A stretch of DNA of 59,702 nt, filler included. It is 5 parts of 5 records of this genome, joined end to end, with 100 filler letters (N's around TTAATTAATTAA, not from the genome) between each part and the next. Parts side by side here need not be neighbours in the genome. Positions count along the whole stretch, not along the records: positions 29,051 to 39,521 come from SRR31147125_1703; positions 39,622 to 52,104 come from SRR31147125_1725; 3 more parts are not named here. One strand, 5' to 3'. The notes below the pieces were generated by a model that searched no databases, was not told the origin of the DNA, and saw nothing but the letters and a program-made list of their open reading frames with translations. The translations under genes and the position numbers were made by a program. Positions 33,821 through 44,885 of this stretch are shown piece after piece (position 1 is the stretch's first letter; the number at the start of each line of letters is the position of its first letter).

Positions 33821-36800
33821 AACAAGTGAAAGAGAATCAAGTCAACTACCTGCTTTAGAACTTTTGAAAAAGTTCAAGTATAAATTTATTTCACCTAAAG
33901 AAGCGGAAGAGTTGAGAGGTCAAAGACTTGATAGAGTTTTACTAAAACCTATACTAGAAAAACAGTTAAAAAAGATTAATAAATTTGAATATAAGAGCAA
34001 AAAATATAGTTTTTCAGATAAAAACATAAAACAAGCTATTCTTGATATAGATGAACCTTTAATTGATGGATTGGTAAAAACTAACGAAAAAATTTATGAT
34101 CATCTGATTTTAGGAAAAAGTTATGAAGAAAGATTAGACGACGGTGCCAGAAAATCGTTTTCACTGAGATATATAGACTGGGATAATATAGACAATAATG
34201 ATTTCCATGTTACGGAAGAATTCGCTATTACTAAACTGGATGATAACTATAGAAAACCTGATATAGTTCTATTTGTAAATGGAATTCCATTTGCAGTAAT
34301 AGAGTGTAAAAAAGCAGCAGTAGATTTAAAAGAGGGAATCAGTCAAAACATTAGGAATCAATTTACAAATGAGATTCCAAATCTATTTAAATTTACTCAG
34401 ATACTAATGAGTTTAAATAAAAATGGAGCTAAATATGCAACAACTGGAACTGCTGAAAAGTTTTGGTCAGTATGGAAAACTGATAAAGAACCAGTTGAAA
34501 TAGAAAAAATGGAAAAAGAGTTAAAAAAGCATATTAAAGGCAGAATGATAACAGAGCAAGATAAGGCGATTTATTCATTGTTTAAACCAGAAAGACTGTT
34601 AGAACTAACTAAATTTTTTATAGTTTATGACAAAAATGTAAAGAAAATAGCAAGATACCAGCAATATTTTTCAATAAAACATACTTTGGATAAAATAAAA
34701 ACATTTAATGAAGATGGAAGTCGTCAAGGTGGTTTAATATGGCATACTCAAGGTTCAGGAAAATCTTTAACTATGGTTATGTTGGCTAAATCTTTGATGA
34801 AAGATGATGATATAAAAAATCCAAAAGTAGTTATAGTTACAGACAGGGTTAATTTAGATAAACAAATAAAAAATACATTTATTCATACAGGAATGTCTCC
34901 TATTAGAGCAAATACAGGTCAGCATTTAGCTAAAATTTTGAAGGATAATAAAGCTAACATAATTACAACAGTAATAAATAAATTTGAGTCTGTTTTGAAT
35001 AATAATCAAATTAATGAGGATATAAATATATTTGTTTTAGTCGATGAAAGTCATAGAAGTCAATTTGATGAAATGCACACAAGAATGAGAAGAGTTTTCC
35101 CAAATGCATGTTATTTAGGATTTACTGGAACACCAATTATGAAAAAAGATAAAAACTCAATGAATAAATTTGGTGGAGAAATTCATAGATATACTATAGA
35201 TCAAGCTGTAAAAGATGGTGCTATTTTACCACTTTTATATGAAGGGAAAATGATAGAGCAAGAAGTAAATCAAAGTGCAATAGATAGAAGATTAGAAATG
35301 ATTACAAAACGATTAAATGACAAGCAAAAAGAAGAAATAAAGAAGAAATGGAGTAGATTTGAAAAAGTTGCTTCTTCATTTCAAAGGTTAGAACTAATTG
35401 CTATGGACATTAACGAAAACTATATTAATGAATGGAAAGAGACTCCTTTTAAAGCAATGTTAGCGTGTAGTAAAAAATCAGAAGCAATAAGATATAAAGA
35501 GATATTTGATGAAATAGGAGATTTGAAGACAGCAGTTATTATATCTCCACCAGATGAGAGAGAAGGATATGAAGAGGTTGATAAAGCGTCAAAAGATATC
35601 CAAAAGGAATTTTGGGAAAAGATGATGGACATTTATGGAAATCAAACTGAGTATGAAGATAGCATTAAAGATGATTTTGTTAACGGAGATAAAATTGATA
35701 TATTAATTGTCGTTAGTAAGTTACTGACTGGTTTTGATGCTCCTAAAGCTACTGTTCTTTATATAGATAAACCTTTAAAAGAGCATAGCTTATTGCAGGC
35801 GATAGCTAGGGTAAATAGACTGTATGAAGGAAAAGAGTTTGGTTTTATAATTGATTATCGAGGTTTGCTGGGAAATCTCGATAAAGCATTAACAGATTAT
35901 AGTGAAACTGGCTTGGATAATTTTGAAAAAGATGATATCTATGGAGCGTTAAATAATATCAGCAGTATAATAATTTCTGATTTAAAGCAAGCTTATTCGG
36001 AATTAATATCTATGTTTAGTGGTATAAAAAATCAGAATGATACTGAAGAGTATGAGGTTTTTTTAGCAGATGAAGTTTTGAGAAATGAGTTTTATGAAAT
36101 ACTATCAAGATTTTCAAAAAATTTATCAATCACTGTTTCTAGTGAAAAAATATATGATGAACTTGGAGAAGAAAAAATAAAACAATATAAAAAAGAATTG
36201 AAATTCTTTCAGGAAATAAGAAAAAATGTAAAATTAAGATACTCTGATCCAGTTGACCATAAGGAATATGAAGCTAAATTGCAAAAACTACTTGATAACT
36301 ATATAAATGCAGAGGAAGTAATTAGAATTACAAATCCAGTTGACATATTTGATAAAGAGAAGTTTGATGAAGAACTTGTTAGGGTAGAAGGAGAGAGAGC
36401 AAAAGCAGATACAATTAGAACAAGAATGTCTAAAAAAATAAATGAAAAAGAAGAAGAGAATCCTAGTTATTATAATAAATTTTCTATGAAAATTAGGGCT
36501 GTTTTAGATGAATATGTGAGAAATAGGATTTCTGAAGCTGAGTATTTAAATAAGATGCAAGATATCAGAAAAGAGTTTTATAAAGGAGAAACAGTTGTAG
36601 ATTGTCCTGATATTATTCGAAGTAATAATCATGCTAAAGCATTTTATGGAGAAATTTTAAAAACCTTGAATAAAAATATGGTTGGAGAAGAAGAGGTTCC
36701 TTTTAATAGTAGATTTACAAGAAAAGAAAATCAAGTAGCGGAACTTTCTCTAAAAGTTTATGACGTGATTGAAAATAGAAAAAAAGTTGATTGGAAAAAT

Positions 36801-36944
36801 AATCCTGAAATTCATAAACTTATCGAACAGGATATAGATGATCTTCTATTTGATTTTTCAGAAGAGAGTGGTATTAGAATGAGCTTTGAAAATATAGATG
36901 AGATAATAGCTGATATTAAAACAGTTGCTCTAAAAAGATATTAG
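33801..36944 (+). CDS. hsdR: Type I restriction endonuclease subunit R
   Basis: Nuclease motif PDIVLFVNGIPFAVIECKK; Walker A WHTQGSGKS; VDESHRSQ; GFTGTP; KLLTGFDAP; LLQAIARVNR. Confidence 0.97.
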   Translation: MERNPNKTSERESSQLPALELLKKFKYKFISPKEAEELRGQRLDRVLLKPILEKQLKKINKFEYKSKKYSFSDKNIKQAILDIDEPLIDGLVKTNEKIYDHLILGKSYEERLDDGARKSFSLRYIDWDNIDNNDFHVTEEFAITKLDDNYRKPDIVLFVNGIPFAVIECKKAAVDLKEGISQNIRNQFTNEIPNLFKFTQILMSLNKNGAKYATTGTAEKFWSVWKTDKEPVEIEKMEKELKKHIKGRMITEQDKAIYSLFKPERLLELTKFFIVYDKNVKKIARYQQYFSIKHTLDKIKTFNEDGSRQGGLIWHTQGSGKSLTMVMLAKSLMKDDDIKNPKVVIVTDRVNLDKQIKNTFIHTGMSPIRANTGQHLAKILKDNKANIITTVINKFESVLNNNQINEDINIFVLVDESHRSQFDEMHTRMRRVFPNACYLGFTGTPIMKKDKNSMNKFGGEIHRYTIDQAVKDGAILPLLYEGKMIEQEVNQSAIDRRLEMITKRLNDKQKEEIKKKWSRFEKVASSFQRLELIAMDINENYINEWKETPFKAMLACSKKSEAIRYKEIFDEIGDLKTAVIISPPDEREGYEEVDKASKDIQKEFWEKMMDIYGNQTEYEDSIKDDFVNGDKIDILIVVSKLLTGFDAPKATVLYIDKPLKEHSLLQAIARVNRLYEGKEFGFIIDYRGLLGNLDKALTDYSETGLDNFEKDDIYGALNNISSIIISDLKQAYSELISMFSGIKNQNDTEEYEVFLADEVLRNEFYEILSRFSKNLSITVSSEKIYDELGEEKIKQYKKELKFFQEIRKNVKLRYSDPVDHKEYEAKLQKLLDNYINAEEVIRITNPVDIFDKEKFDEELVRVEGERAKADTIRTRMSKKINEKEEENPSYYNKFSMKIRAVLDEYVRNRISEAEYLNKMQDIRKEFYKGETVVDCPDIIRSNNHAKAFYGEILKTLNKNMVGEEEVPFNSRFTRKENQVAELSLKVYDVIENRKKVDWKNNPEIHKLIEQDIDDLLFDFSEESGIRMSFENIDEIIADIKTVALKRY

Positions 36945-36952
36945 GTGATCTT

Positions 36953-37672
36953 ATGGAAAAATCTATTGTTAAATACGGAGAAAATGAAATTGAGTATTCA
37001 ATTACTCGAAAAAAAGTAAAGAATATAAACTTAACAGTTACACCGGAACTTCAAGTAATCGTTTCGGTAAATACAGAAGTTTCAAATGACTATATTCAAG
37101 AGTTTATGAAGAGAAAATCAAGGTGGATATTTAATAATCTAAAATACTTTAAAGAGACTCAGTATGCTAGAGCAAAAAAAGAATACATTAGTGGAGAGAG
37201 TTTTAGATACATGGGAAGACAGTATAGATTAAAAGTATTTCAATCTGAAAAAAACGAGGTTAAATACTTTCAAGGCTATATTAACTTATATGTTAAAGAT
37301 AAAGCAAACTATGAGTTAAAAGAAAAACTCCTAATAAATTGGTATAGAGAGCGAGCAAAAATTAAATACTATGAGGTTTTAGCCAGTGTTTATGATCAAA
37401 TAAAAAATCTTGAAATTAAATATCCAAAATTAAGAATCAGAAGCATGAAAACAAGATGGGGGTCTTGTTTAGGGGAAAAACAAGAGGTGATTTTAAATAT
37501 TGATTTAATTAAAGCTCCAAAATATTGCCTAGAGTATGTTATTTTGCATGAGCTATTACATTTTATCTATGAAAATCATGATAGAAACTTTTATAATTTA
37601 CTCGACGTTTATATGCCTGATTGGAAGCAAAGAAAAGAGAAGCTTGATAATGAAGTGGTAAAGGAATTGTAG
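36953..37672 (+). CDS. M48/YgjP (DUF45, SprT-like) zinc-dependent hydrolase
   Basis: YISGESFRYMGRQYRL; MKTRWGSC; EYVILHELLH (HExxH); HDRNFY. Confidence 0.9.
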   Translation: MEKSIVKYGENEIEYSITRKKVKNINLTVTPELQVIVSVNTEVSNDYIQEFMKRKSRWIFNNLKYFKETQYARAKKEYISGESFRYMGRQYRLKVFQSEKNEVKYFQGYINLYVKDKANYELKEKLLINWYRERAKIKYYEVLASVYDQIKNLEIKYPKLRIRSMKTRWGSCLGEKQEVILNIDLIKAPKYCLEYVILHELLHFIYENHDRNFYNLLDVYMPDWKQRKEKLDNEVVKEL

Positions 37673-37796
37673 GAGGAAAAAATATTTTAAATTATTTAAA
37701 GGGAGAGAAAAATGTCCAAAAAAGTTAGAAACATATCATTCTAGGAATATGATTAATGGAATTAATAGATATTAAATAAGGAAAATATAACTAATG

Positions 37797-37826
37797 AAAG
37801 TCGTTGCTGTTTTAAGTGACGACTTA
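37797..37826 (+). terminator. Terminator-like hairpin after the RM operon
   Basis: AAAGTCGTTGCT-GTTTTA-AGTGACGACTTT followed by AT-rich sequence. Confidence 0.55.
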
Positions 37827-37955
37827 TTTAATTTAAATTTTATCAAACCATAGTATAAAAGTTTACGCTTTTGTTTTACTGGAAACTTAATAAAATTCCT
37901 TTCTTAATTAACTAATTTTAATTATAATATAGATAAAAAAACAAGGAGAAAGTGT

Positions 37956-38564
37956 ATGCTCGTAGATATTACTCAGGAAACAAAACTAGGAAAAGTTTAC
38001 AGATCTGGTTCTCCAGCCTTAGAAGTAAGAGAAATTACTTGTAAAAAGGGAAAAGAATCAGAGTACAAAACTCTTCAATTATCCGTAGCTACTCATAATA
38101 TGGGAACTCATATCGATGTTATGGGAATAGGCAAGGAGCTTGCTTTAGACAGGTTAATCGGAAAAGGGATCAAGTATGATGTCTCACACATAACTAATAG
38201 AGCTATTGTAGCTGATGATGTTGACTTATCTTTGGTTAAAGGTGGAGAATTTATTTTCTTTCAAACGAATTGGGATAAATATTTGATGACAGAAAAGTAT
38301 AATAAACATCCTGAAATTTCTGTTGAATTAATAAAAACATTATCTGAAATGGACATTAATATGATTGGAATAGATACTCTGGGAATAGGTGCCGGTAAAA
38401 ATCATGGCATAATAGATAAACTCTTAGGGAAAGTCGATAAATATGCAATTGAAAATTTATGTAATTTAGAGAAAATACCGGAAAAAGATTTTAAAGTTTA
38501 TTGTTTCCCTGTAAAAATAGAAGGAATTGATGTGCTTCCAGCTAGGTTGCTTGTAGAATTTTAA
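37956..38564 (+). CDS. Cyclase family metal-dependent hydrolase (kynurenine formamidase-like)
   Basis: HNMGTHID motif; MIGIDTLG; IENLCNL; FPVKIEGIDVLPAR. Confidence 0.85.
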   Translation: MLVDITQETKLGKVYRSGSPALEVREITCKKGKESEYKTLQLSVATHNMGTHIDVMGIGKELALDRLIGKGIKYDVSHITNRAIVADDVDLSLVKGGEFIFFQTNWDKYLMTEKYNKHPEISVELIKTLSEMDINMIGIDTLGIGAGKNHGIIDKLLGKVDKYAIENLCNLEKIPEKDFKVYCFPVKIEGIDVLPARLLVEF

Positions 38565-38620
38565 ATTGTTTTTTAATCATATTGACGTGGCATACTACAG
38601 AAATCTTATGTTTCATCGCA

Positions 38621-38674
38621 AAAAAATAATTCAAGGAGAAATTTGTTTAGAAATTTTTCCTTGAATTATTTTTT
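38621..38674 (+). terminator. Long terminator-like hairpin after the cyclase gene
   Basis: AAAAAATAATTCAAGGAGAAATTT...AAATTTTTCCTTGAATTATTTTTT inverted repeat. Confidence 0.65.
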
Positions 38675-38849
38675 ATTATTAGGCTTTTTAGTTGAATTAT
38701 TATTTAGTTTTAAAGGAAATAGTAAAAAGATTAGGTAAATTTAAGAATATATGATATAAACCTCTTAACATTAACTTTAAAAAGGTAAATAATTATGGTA
38801 AGTTATAGTAGAAATAATATTTTAATAGTACTGAAGGGATAGCTTTGAC

Positions 38850-39521
38850 ATGGATAATGAATTAGAGATTTTAAATCAAGAGATAAAAAAACTAAAAAGG
38901 GAATTAAGAGTTAAGAAATTAGAATTTAATACAGAACTTGAGAATATACAGAGAAAACAAGATCTCCTAAACTTACTAAGCCCAAGAACAGATATGGAGG
39001 ACTTGGTTCAGGTTCTTTTTGCATATATAATTAGAATAGTACCATTTGAGAGAGCCTTTATTCGTATTACGAAAGAGAACTACTCTTTTTCTTTGATGGT
39101 GTCAGTTAAGGACGGAGAAATCGAAAAAGAGAAAAATTACGGACTAGAAACCTCGGTAGTTACTTTAATTAAGAATGTCTTGATTAACGCGGAAGGTTTT
39201 TTGGTTAGCAATTTAAAGCAATATGATCCTATATTATTTTCAGATGATAAAACAGCGATGATCTTCCCTATATTTATTGGTGAGAATTCAAATGCTGTCT
39301 GTTATATCGAAAATGATGTATTAGGGAGTTATTCTGACAAAGAGTTTGAACTGCTAGATGAGATATTACAAATTACAGCACTCACTATTTTGAAGGCAAT
39401 TGATTCAACTCTTTTATCAAGATATCAAAACAAAATTTTATTAAATCCAATTACAGCTCTATATACAGGTTATTATATGAAGAAAGTTTTGGAAAAACAG
39501 ATAATAATCTCTAGGGTGACC
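38850..39521 (+). CDS. Coiled-coil plus GAF protein, probably the start of a GGDEF-type diguanylate cyclase (truncated)
   Basis: GAF-like AMIFPIFIGE...VCYIEN...YSDKEFELL, then NPITALYTGYYM, which resembles the DxLTGLxN entry into GGDEF domains. Confidence 0.55.
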
Positions 39522-39621
39522 NNNNNNNNNNNNNNNNNNNNNNNNNNNNNNNNNNNNNNNNNNNNTTAATTAATTAANNNNNNNNNNNNNNNNNNNNNNN
39601 NNNNNNNNNNNNNNNNNNNNN
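39522..39621. other. Artificial contig linker
   Basis: N44-TTAATTAATTAA-N44. Confidence 0.99.
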
Positions 39622-39667
39622 CCCCGGGAATATCCCGAGGGCTATTTCTACATCAACTCGAAAGTGT

Positions 39668-41077
39668 CTAGCAATCAAAGTAGAGTGCAAATTCTTCCGG
39701 GCAAGGACGCATACGAACCGGATCAACTTCAGCTTCGCGCTTGTAACTGATCCACATATCGATAACGTCTTCGGTGAACACATCACCTTTCAACAAGAAG
39801 GCGTGGTCGTTTTCGAGACATGTCAGAGCTTCTTCCAAAGACCCGGCAACACTTGGAATGTCCTTTAACTCCTCAGGAGAAAGGCCGTAAATGTCCTTAT
39901 CCAGAGGCTGGCCCGGATCAATCTTGTTCTCAATACCGTCAAGACCGGCCATCAGCTGAGCAGCGAAAGCCAGGTAGCCATTGGCTGACGCATCAGGAGT
40001 CCGGTACTCAACACGCTTGGCTTTCTCGTTGTTGGTGACCGGTATACGCAAGGAAGCAGAACGGTTCCGGTTAGAGTAAGCCAGGTTAACCGGAGCTTCG
40101 AAACCGGGAACCAGACGCTTATAGCTGTTGGTGCTCGGATTGGTGAAAGCACAAAGCGCCTTAGCGTGCTTCATGATACCACCGATATAGTACATGGCCA
40201 TCTTGGAGAGACCACCGTAGCCGTCGCCGGCAAACAGGTTCTTGCCATCTTTCCAAAGAGATTGGTGACAGTGCATACCGGAACCGTTATCGTTGTGAAT
40301 TGGCTTCGGCATAAAGGTAACAGTTTTGCCATTGCGAATAGCAACGTTCTTGATAATGTACTTGAACCACTGCAGATCATCGCCCATCTGCAGAAGACTG
40401 TTAAAGCGCATATCGATTTCGCACTGGCCGCCTGTCGCAACTTCGTGGTGACCACACTCAATATGCAGACCAGTTTCCTGCAGAACCATCATCATTTCGT
40501 TACGCAGGTCGATCATGCTGTCAGTCGGAGCACAGGGGAAGTAACCTTCTTTGTGACGCGGCTTGTAGCCGAGGTTCGGGAATTCTTCACGACCAGTGTT
40601 CCAGATACCTTCTATCGAATCAACACTGTAAAAAGACTCGTTAGGGCCAGACGCATAACGTACGTCATCAAAGATGAAACATTCCGGCTCAGGACCGAAG
40701 TATGCGGTATCAGCCAGGCCGGTCGAGTTTAGATAGGCCTCAGCCTTTGAAGCAATGAAGCGAGGGTCACGTGAGTAACCTTCACGAGTGATTGGATCAA
40801 TAATGTTACAGATCAGGCTGAGAGTTGCGATTTCGACGAAAGGATCAATCTTAGCTGTCGTCGGATCGGGCATAATCAGCATGTCTGAGTTATGAATCGG
40901 CTGCCAACCACGAATGGACGATCCATCAAAACCGATGCCTTCTTCAAAGGTATCTTCACCAAATTCACTGATCGGTGTTGTGAAATGCTGCCAAATGCCA
41001 ACAAAATCAAGGAACTTAAAATCGACAAATTTGACATCATTTTCTTCAGCATACTTCACTACTTCACTTGGGGTCAT
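39668..41077 (-). CDS. glnA: Glutamine synthetase type I
   Basis: [27 protein letters not shown]...[32 protein letters not shown]; adenylylation-site region DKDIY. Confidence 0.98.
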   Translation of the reverse strand: MTPSEVVKYAEENDVKFVDFKFLDFVGIWQHFTTPISEFGEDTFEEGIGFDGSSIRGWQPIHNSDMLIMPDPTTAKIDPFVEIATLSLICNIIDPITREGYSRDPRFIASKAEAYLNSTGLADTAYFGPEPECFIFDDVRYASGPNESFYSVDSIEGIWNTGREEFPNLGYKPRHKEGYFPCAPTDSMIDLRNEMMMVLQETGLHIECGHHEVATGGQCEIDMRFNSLLQMGDDLQWFKYIIKNVAIRNGKTVTFMPKPIHNDNGSGMHCHQSLWKDGKNLFAGDGYGGLSKMAMYYIGGIMKHAKALCAFTNPSTNSYKRLVPGFEAPVNLAYSNRNRSASLRIPVTNNEKAKRVEYRTPDASANGYLAFAAQLMAGLDGIENKIDPGQPLDKDIYGLSPEELKDIPSVAGSLEEALTCLENDHAFLLKGDVFTEDVIDMWISYKREAEVDPVRMRPCPEEFALYFDC

Positions 41078-41134
41078 CTTTGAGCTCTCCTTTGTTAGTC
41101 TTTATTTTTCGTAATATCCTTGAGCAAGTTGATG

Positions 41135-41515
<381 letters not shown>

Positions 41516-41534
41516 CTAAATTCCATCCATAATC

Positions 41535-41551
41535 AGCAAGGAAAGTGCCAA
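41535..41551 (-). promoter_or_regulatory. Sigma-54 (-24/-12) promoter of glnB-glnA
   Basis: The minus strand reads TTGGCACTTTCCTTGCT, matching TGGCAC-N5-TTGC, about 60 nt upstream of the glnB start. Confidence 0.85.
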
Positions 41552-41652
41552 CTGGTTTTCCTATAAATCAAAATAAATTGTTGTTTAAAATCAGCATCTT
41601 AATTACTTCAAACAGTAATTCATTAAAATCGTAAGCCTGTATCATGAAATTC

Positions 41653-41699
41653 AGCACAAAATAGAGGCATCAAACAGCGATTTGCACAATAAATAAGCA
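41653..41699. promoter_or_regulatory. Tandem NtrC-type enhancer sites
   Basis: AGCACAAAATAGAGGCA (41653-41669) and TGCACAATAAATAAGCA (41683-41699) resemble TGCAC-N7-GTGCA. They are 30 bp apart and about 100-150 bp upstream of the sigma-54 site. Confidence 0.6.
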
Positions 41700-41708
41700 T
41701 CTACTTAC

Positions 41709-43016
41709 TCAACAATTTAACTCTAAAATAGTAACACTTTCACAATGATATGTCTGCGGAAACATATCAAAGGGCTGACTGGACACCAATCGATACGATC
41801 CGTTCACGAGTATCTTCAAATCCCGCGCCAATGTTTGCGGATCGCAGGAGACATAGATGATCTTTTTCGGTAAATAGCGTTCAATCTGAATCATCAATTC
41901 GAGCGCCCCGCTACGAGGGGGATCAAGGACCAGCAGATCGATGGGAGTGTGAGTTGATTCTTTTACGTATTCCTCAACAGCATCGCCGCAAATGAAACGG
42001 CAATTATTCAATTCAGTCCGCTGGGCATTTTCCTTTGCTTTTTTGATAGAGCCTGCTGCCTCTTCAATTCCGATAATATCAGCACCCGACCTGGCCAGAG
42101 GCAGAGCAAAATTACCCATGCCGCAATAAAGATCGATACACCGCCGGCCAGGCTTCAGCGCCGCAAATCGGATCACGGTATCAACCAAGACCTGATTCTG
42201 CACAAGATTTATCTGAGCAAAACTTCCGACTGAATAATCCAGAGCAATATCGCTCTCCGAATGACGCAGGGTCAGCGATTCTTTCCCACGAACCAGTCGT
42301 AAAGATCGTTTCGTCCCCATCTGGAGAAACAGCGAAGCGTTCAAATCCGATTGAAGGAGTAACGTTTCAAGCGACGACCAATCATTGCCTATGTAGTGAA
42401 CCGTGACTGCACACGCACTACAATCATCAATGGCAAGATCAATCTGTGGGATTTTATCAGCAAAAGGCGTGTTATTGAAGAGGTTGCGACACTCCTGCAT
42501 CAGCAGGTTGAGTGGCTGTGCAAGGATATGACAGGAGTCAACACCAACCACATAGCGACTTTTAGGCCGATAAAAGCCTGCAACAAAGCCATTTTTAGAG
42601 TTGAAACACTTCAGTTGAACGCGGCTGCGATAATGCCACTCATCAGGGGCGGCAACCAACGGGAGGAACTGCTCAGAAGTGGCGTCACACTGATGTTCCA
42701 GTGTCTTGCGGAAGAGCTGCTCTTTCCAGTGACATTGTGCGCTGTAATCAAGGTGCTGCCACTGGCAGCCACCACACTCTCCAGCCACTTCACAGGGAGG
42801 AATACGTCTATCAGGGCCTGATTCCAGCACGTCAATGACGCGAGCTTCACTGAAGTGCTTTTTCTTCTTTACAACTTGACCGACGACACGATCACCGACA
42901 GCCGTGTGCGGAAGAAAAATGACGCGCCCGTCGTGACGAGCCAGGCCAGCACCTCCGTTGACAAGCGTTTCAACGGTCAACGGAGGTAACTGACGACCTT
43001 CAGGTTTCTTTGACAA
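41709..43016 (-). CDS. rlmD: 23S rRNA (uracil-1939-C5)-methyltransferase
   Basis: TRAM N-terminus; Fe-S motif C...CGGCQWQH; DLYCGMGNF; LDPPRSG; YVSCDPQTLARD; DMFPQTYHCE. Confidence 0.9.
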   Translation of the reverse strand: MSKKPEGRQLPPLTVETLVNGGAGLARHDGRVIFLPHTAVGDRVVGQVVKKKKHFSEARVIDVLESGPDRRIPPCEVAGECGGCQWQHLDYSAQCHWKEQLFRKTLEHQCDATSEQFLPLVAAPDEWHYRSRVQLKCFNSKNGFVAGFYRPKSRYVVGVDSCHILAQPLNLLMQECRNLFNNTPFADKIPQIDLAIDDCSACAVTVHYIGNDWSSLETLLLQSDLNASLFLQMGTKRSLRLVRGKESLTLRHSESDIALDYSVGSFAQINLVQNQVLVDTVIRFAALKPGRRCIDLYCGMGNFALPLARSGADIIGIEEAAGSIKKAKENAQRTELNNCRFICGDAVEEYVKESTHTPIDLLVLDPPRSGALELMIQIERYLPKKIIYVSCDPQTLARDLKILVNGSYRLVSSQPFDMFPQTYHCESVTILELNC

Positions 43017-43029
43017 GAGGACCGTCCTC

Positions 43030-44291
43030 TTAAACAGGCTGGAATTTATCAGCCGTGAAGTTCAGAGTCGCGAAATAATCATCGACCGTTTCAGCGCGAC
43101 GAATCAGCTCAACAGAACCATCAGCACGCAGCAACAGCTCTTTGGGTCGCAGTCGTGCGTTGTACTGAAAGCCCATTGCATGCCCATGAGCGCCAGTATC
43201 ATGGATGACAACAATATCACCATCATCAATCTTCGGCATCGCTCTCTGTACCGCAAATTTGTCGTTGTTCTCACACAGAGAACCAACAATATCGTACACC
43301 TGATCGTGCGGCTGACCTTCTTTACCAACCACATCGATATGATGGTAAGCCTCATAAAGAGCAGGCCGCATCAGGGAGGACATACAGGCATCCACACCGA
43401 CATATTGGCGATACGTGTCCTTGCTGTTGATGGCAGAGGTGATAAGGCAACCGTGTGGACCCGTCATAAAGCGTCCACTTTCCATGTACATCTTCGGAGC
43501 GTAGCCGTGTTTCTCTTTGAAGCCATTGAACAGCTCGACAATCTCAGATGACATGCTCGCGATATCCAGCGCACTCTGGTCCGGCTGATACGGAATTCCG
43601 AAGCCACCACCGATATTGACGAACTCAAACGTGATTCCCAATTCGCTGGAGACAAGTTCGACAATTTCCAGAATCATCCGCGCCGTTTCAACCATATAGG
43701 TGTAGTCGAGTTCATTCGATGCAACCATCGTATGCAATCCAAAGCGTTTTGCACCACGCTGCTGCGCCAAACGATACGCCTCTACAACCTGATCATGGCT
43801 GACGCCGTACTTAGCCTCGACAGGATTACCGATAATGACATTTCCTGTCCGACGTGGTCCCGGATTGTAGCGGAAGCAGATCAGCTCAGGAAAACCGGAA
43901 CCTTCTCAATCAGAGACATGTCATCCAGGTTCAGTACACAGCCACCCTCGTCTGCAGCTGCCCCGAATTCGACCTGATCGGTATTATTTGACGTGAACAT
44001 GATATCCTCACCCCGAGCACCGACCTGACGGCTCAGGACTAGTTCAGCAATAGAACTGCAATCAAAACCGAAATCCATTTCGTGCATCAGTTCAAGAATG
44101 CGTGGATTCGGCAACGCCTTGACCGCGTAGTATTCTCGGAACCCATCAATCCCTGAAAAAGCAGCCTTAAGCTCTTCGCCTGTCTGACGAATACCCACCT
44201 CATCATAAACATGAAACGGGCTTCCGTAATGCTCAACAAGCTGTTCAGCGATAGGAAACAAACGATCTTTAAAACTTTGCGACATTGGCAT
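43030..44291 (-). CDS. lysA: Diaminopimelate decarboxylase (frameshift in T-run near 43892)
   Basis: YGSPFHVYDE; YYAVKALPNP; VPVF(P)ELICFRYNPG...AKYG; NIGGGFG; ESGRFMTG; VGSLCENNDKF; DTGAHGHAMGFQYN. Confidence 0.92.
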
Positions 44292-44332
44292 GTGGTAACT
44301 CCTAAGTTTTCAAATACCTGAGTGACGATTGA

Positions 44333-44803
44333 TCAGAAACGGTCCAGATTGATCTTTCTGGACTCTCTAACTGTGTTCAGAACGATATTACTCCGATGCG
44401 CAACGACACCATCCAGCGGTGAGATTTCCTCGGCCAGGATACGCCCAAACTCAGCATTGTCAGCAACACGAAGCTTGACCAGGAAGCCATCATCCCCAGC
44501 GACCTGATAAACATCCTGCACTCCGGTAACCAAAACCAGAGAGCTCCGCAAGGCTTCAAACGAGCGAGGTTGGACGGACAGGTGCACAAAAGCGGTCAGC
44601 CCCTGTTCGAACGGGACTGGATTAAGACGGACCTCATAGCCTTCGATAATTCCTCGCTCTTCCAGCTTGCGGATTCTTTCCAGCACGGCGGATGGTGCCA
44701 TTCCAACCTGACGTGCAACTTCAGCGTTCGGAATTCGCGCCTTCTCTTGAAGAATAACCAGTATCTTGTGGTCTATTTCGTCGATCGTTCTGTTTGAATT
44801 CAT
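44333..44803 (-). CDS. Lrp/AsnC family transcriptional regulator
   Basis: IDEIDHKILVILQEKARIPNAEVARQVGMAPSAVLERIRKLEERGIIEGY; VAGDDGFLVKL. It lies directly upstream of lysA. Confidence 0.93.
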   Translation of the reverse strand: MNSNRTIDEIDHKILVILQEKARIPNAEVARQVGMAPSAVLERIRKLEERGIIEGYEVRLNPVPFEQGLTAFVHLSVQPRSFEALRSSLVLVTGVQDVYQVAGDDGFLVKLRVADNAEFGRILAEEISPLDGVVAHRSNIVLNTVRESRKINLDRF

Positions 44804-44885
44804 ATTTACAGAATATCATTCTTATTGACGCAAAAGTCAACCCCACAAGTCAGATTTTTTATTGATGAAGAAACAGACTGACGTC

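Noticed and set aside
1269-36944. Functional link between rhuM (contig 1) and the type I RM operon (contig 3)
   Set aside because: They are on different contigs with different composition, so their proximity is an artefact of concatenation.
37712-37744. Short ORF MSKKVRNISF* with an SD after the M48 gene
   Set aside because: It is only 10 codons with further stops immediately after and no recognisable similarity. It could be a gene remnant, but I cannot support that.
43881-43895. TGA ending the first half of lysA as recoding or a programmed frameshift
   Set aside because: Adding one T to the T-run restores VPVFPELICFRYNPG, the same error pattern seen throughout the window.
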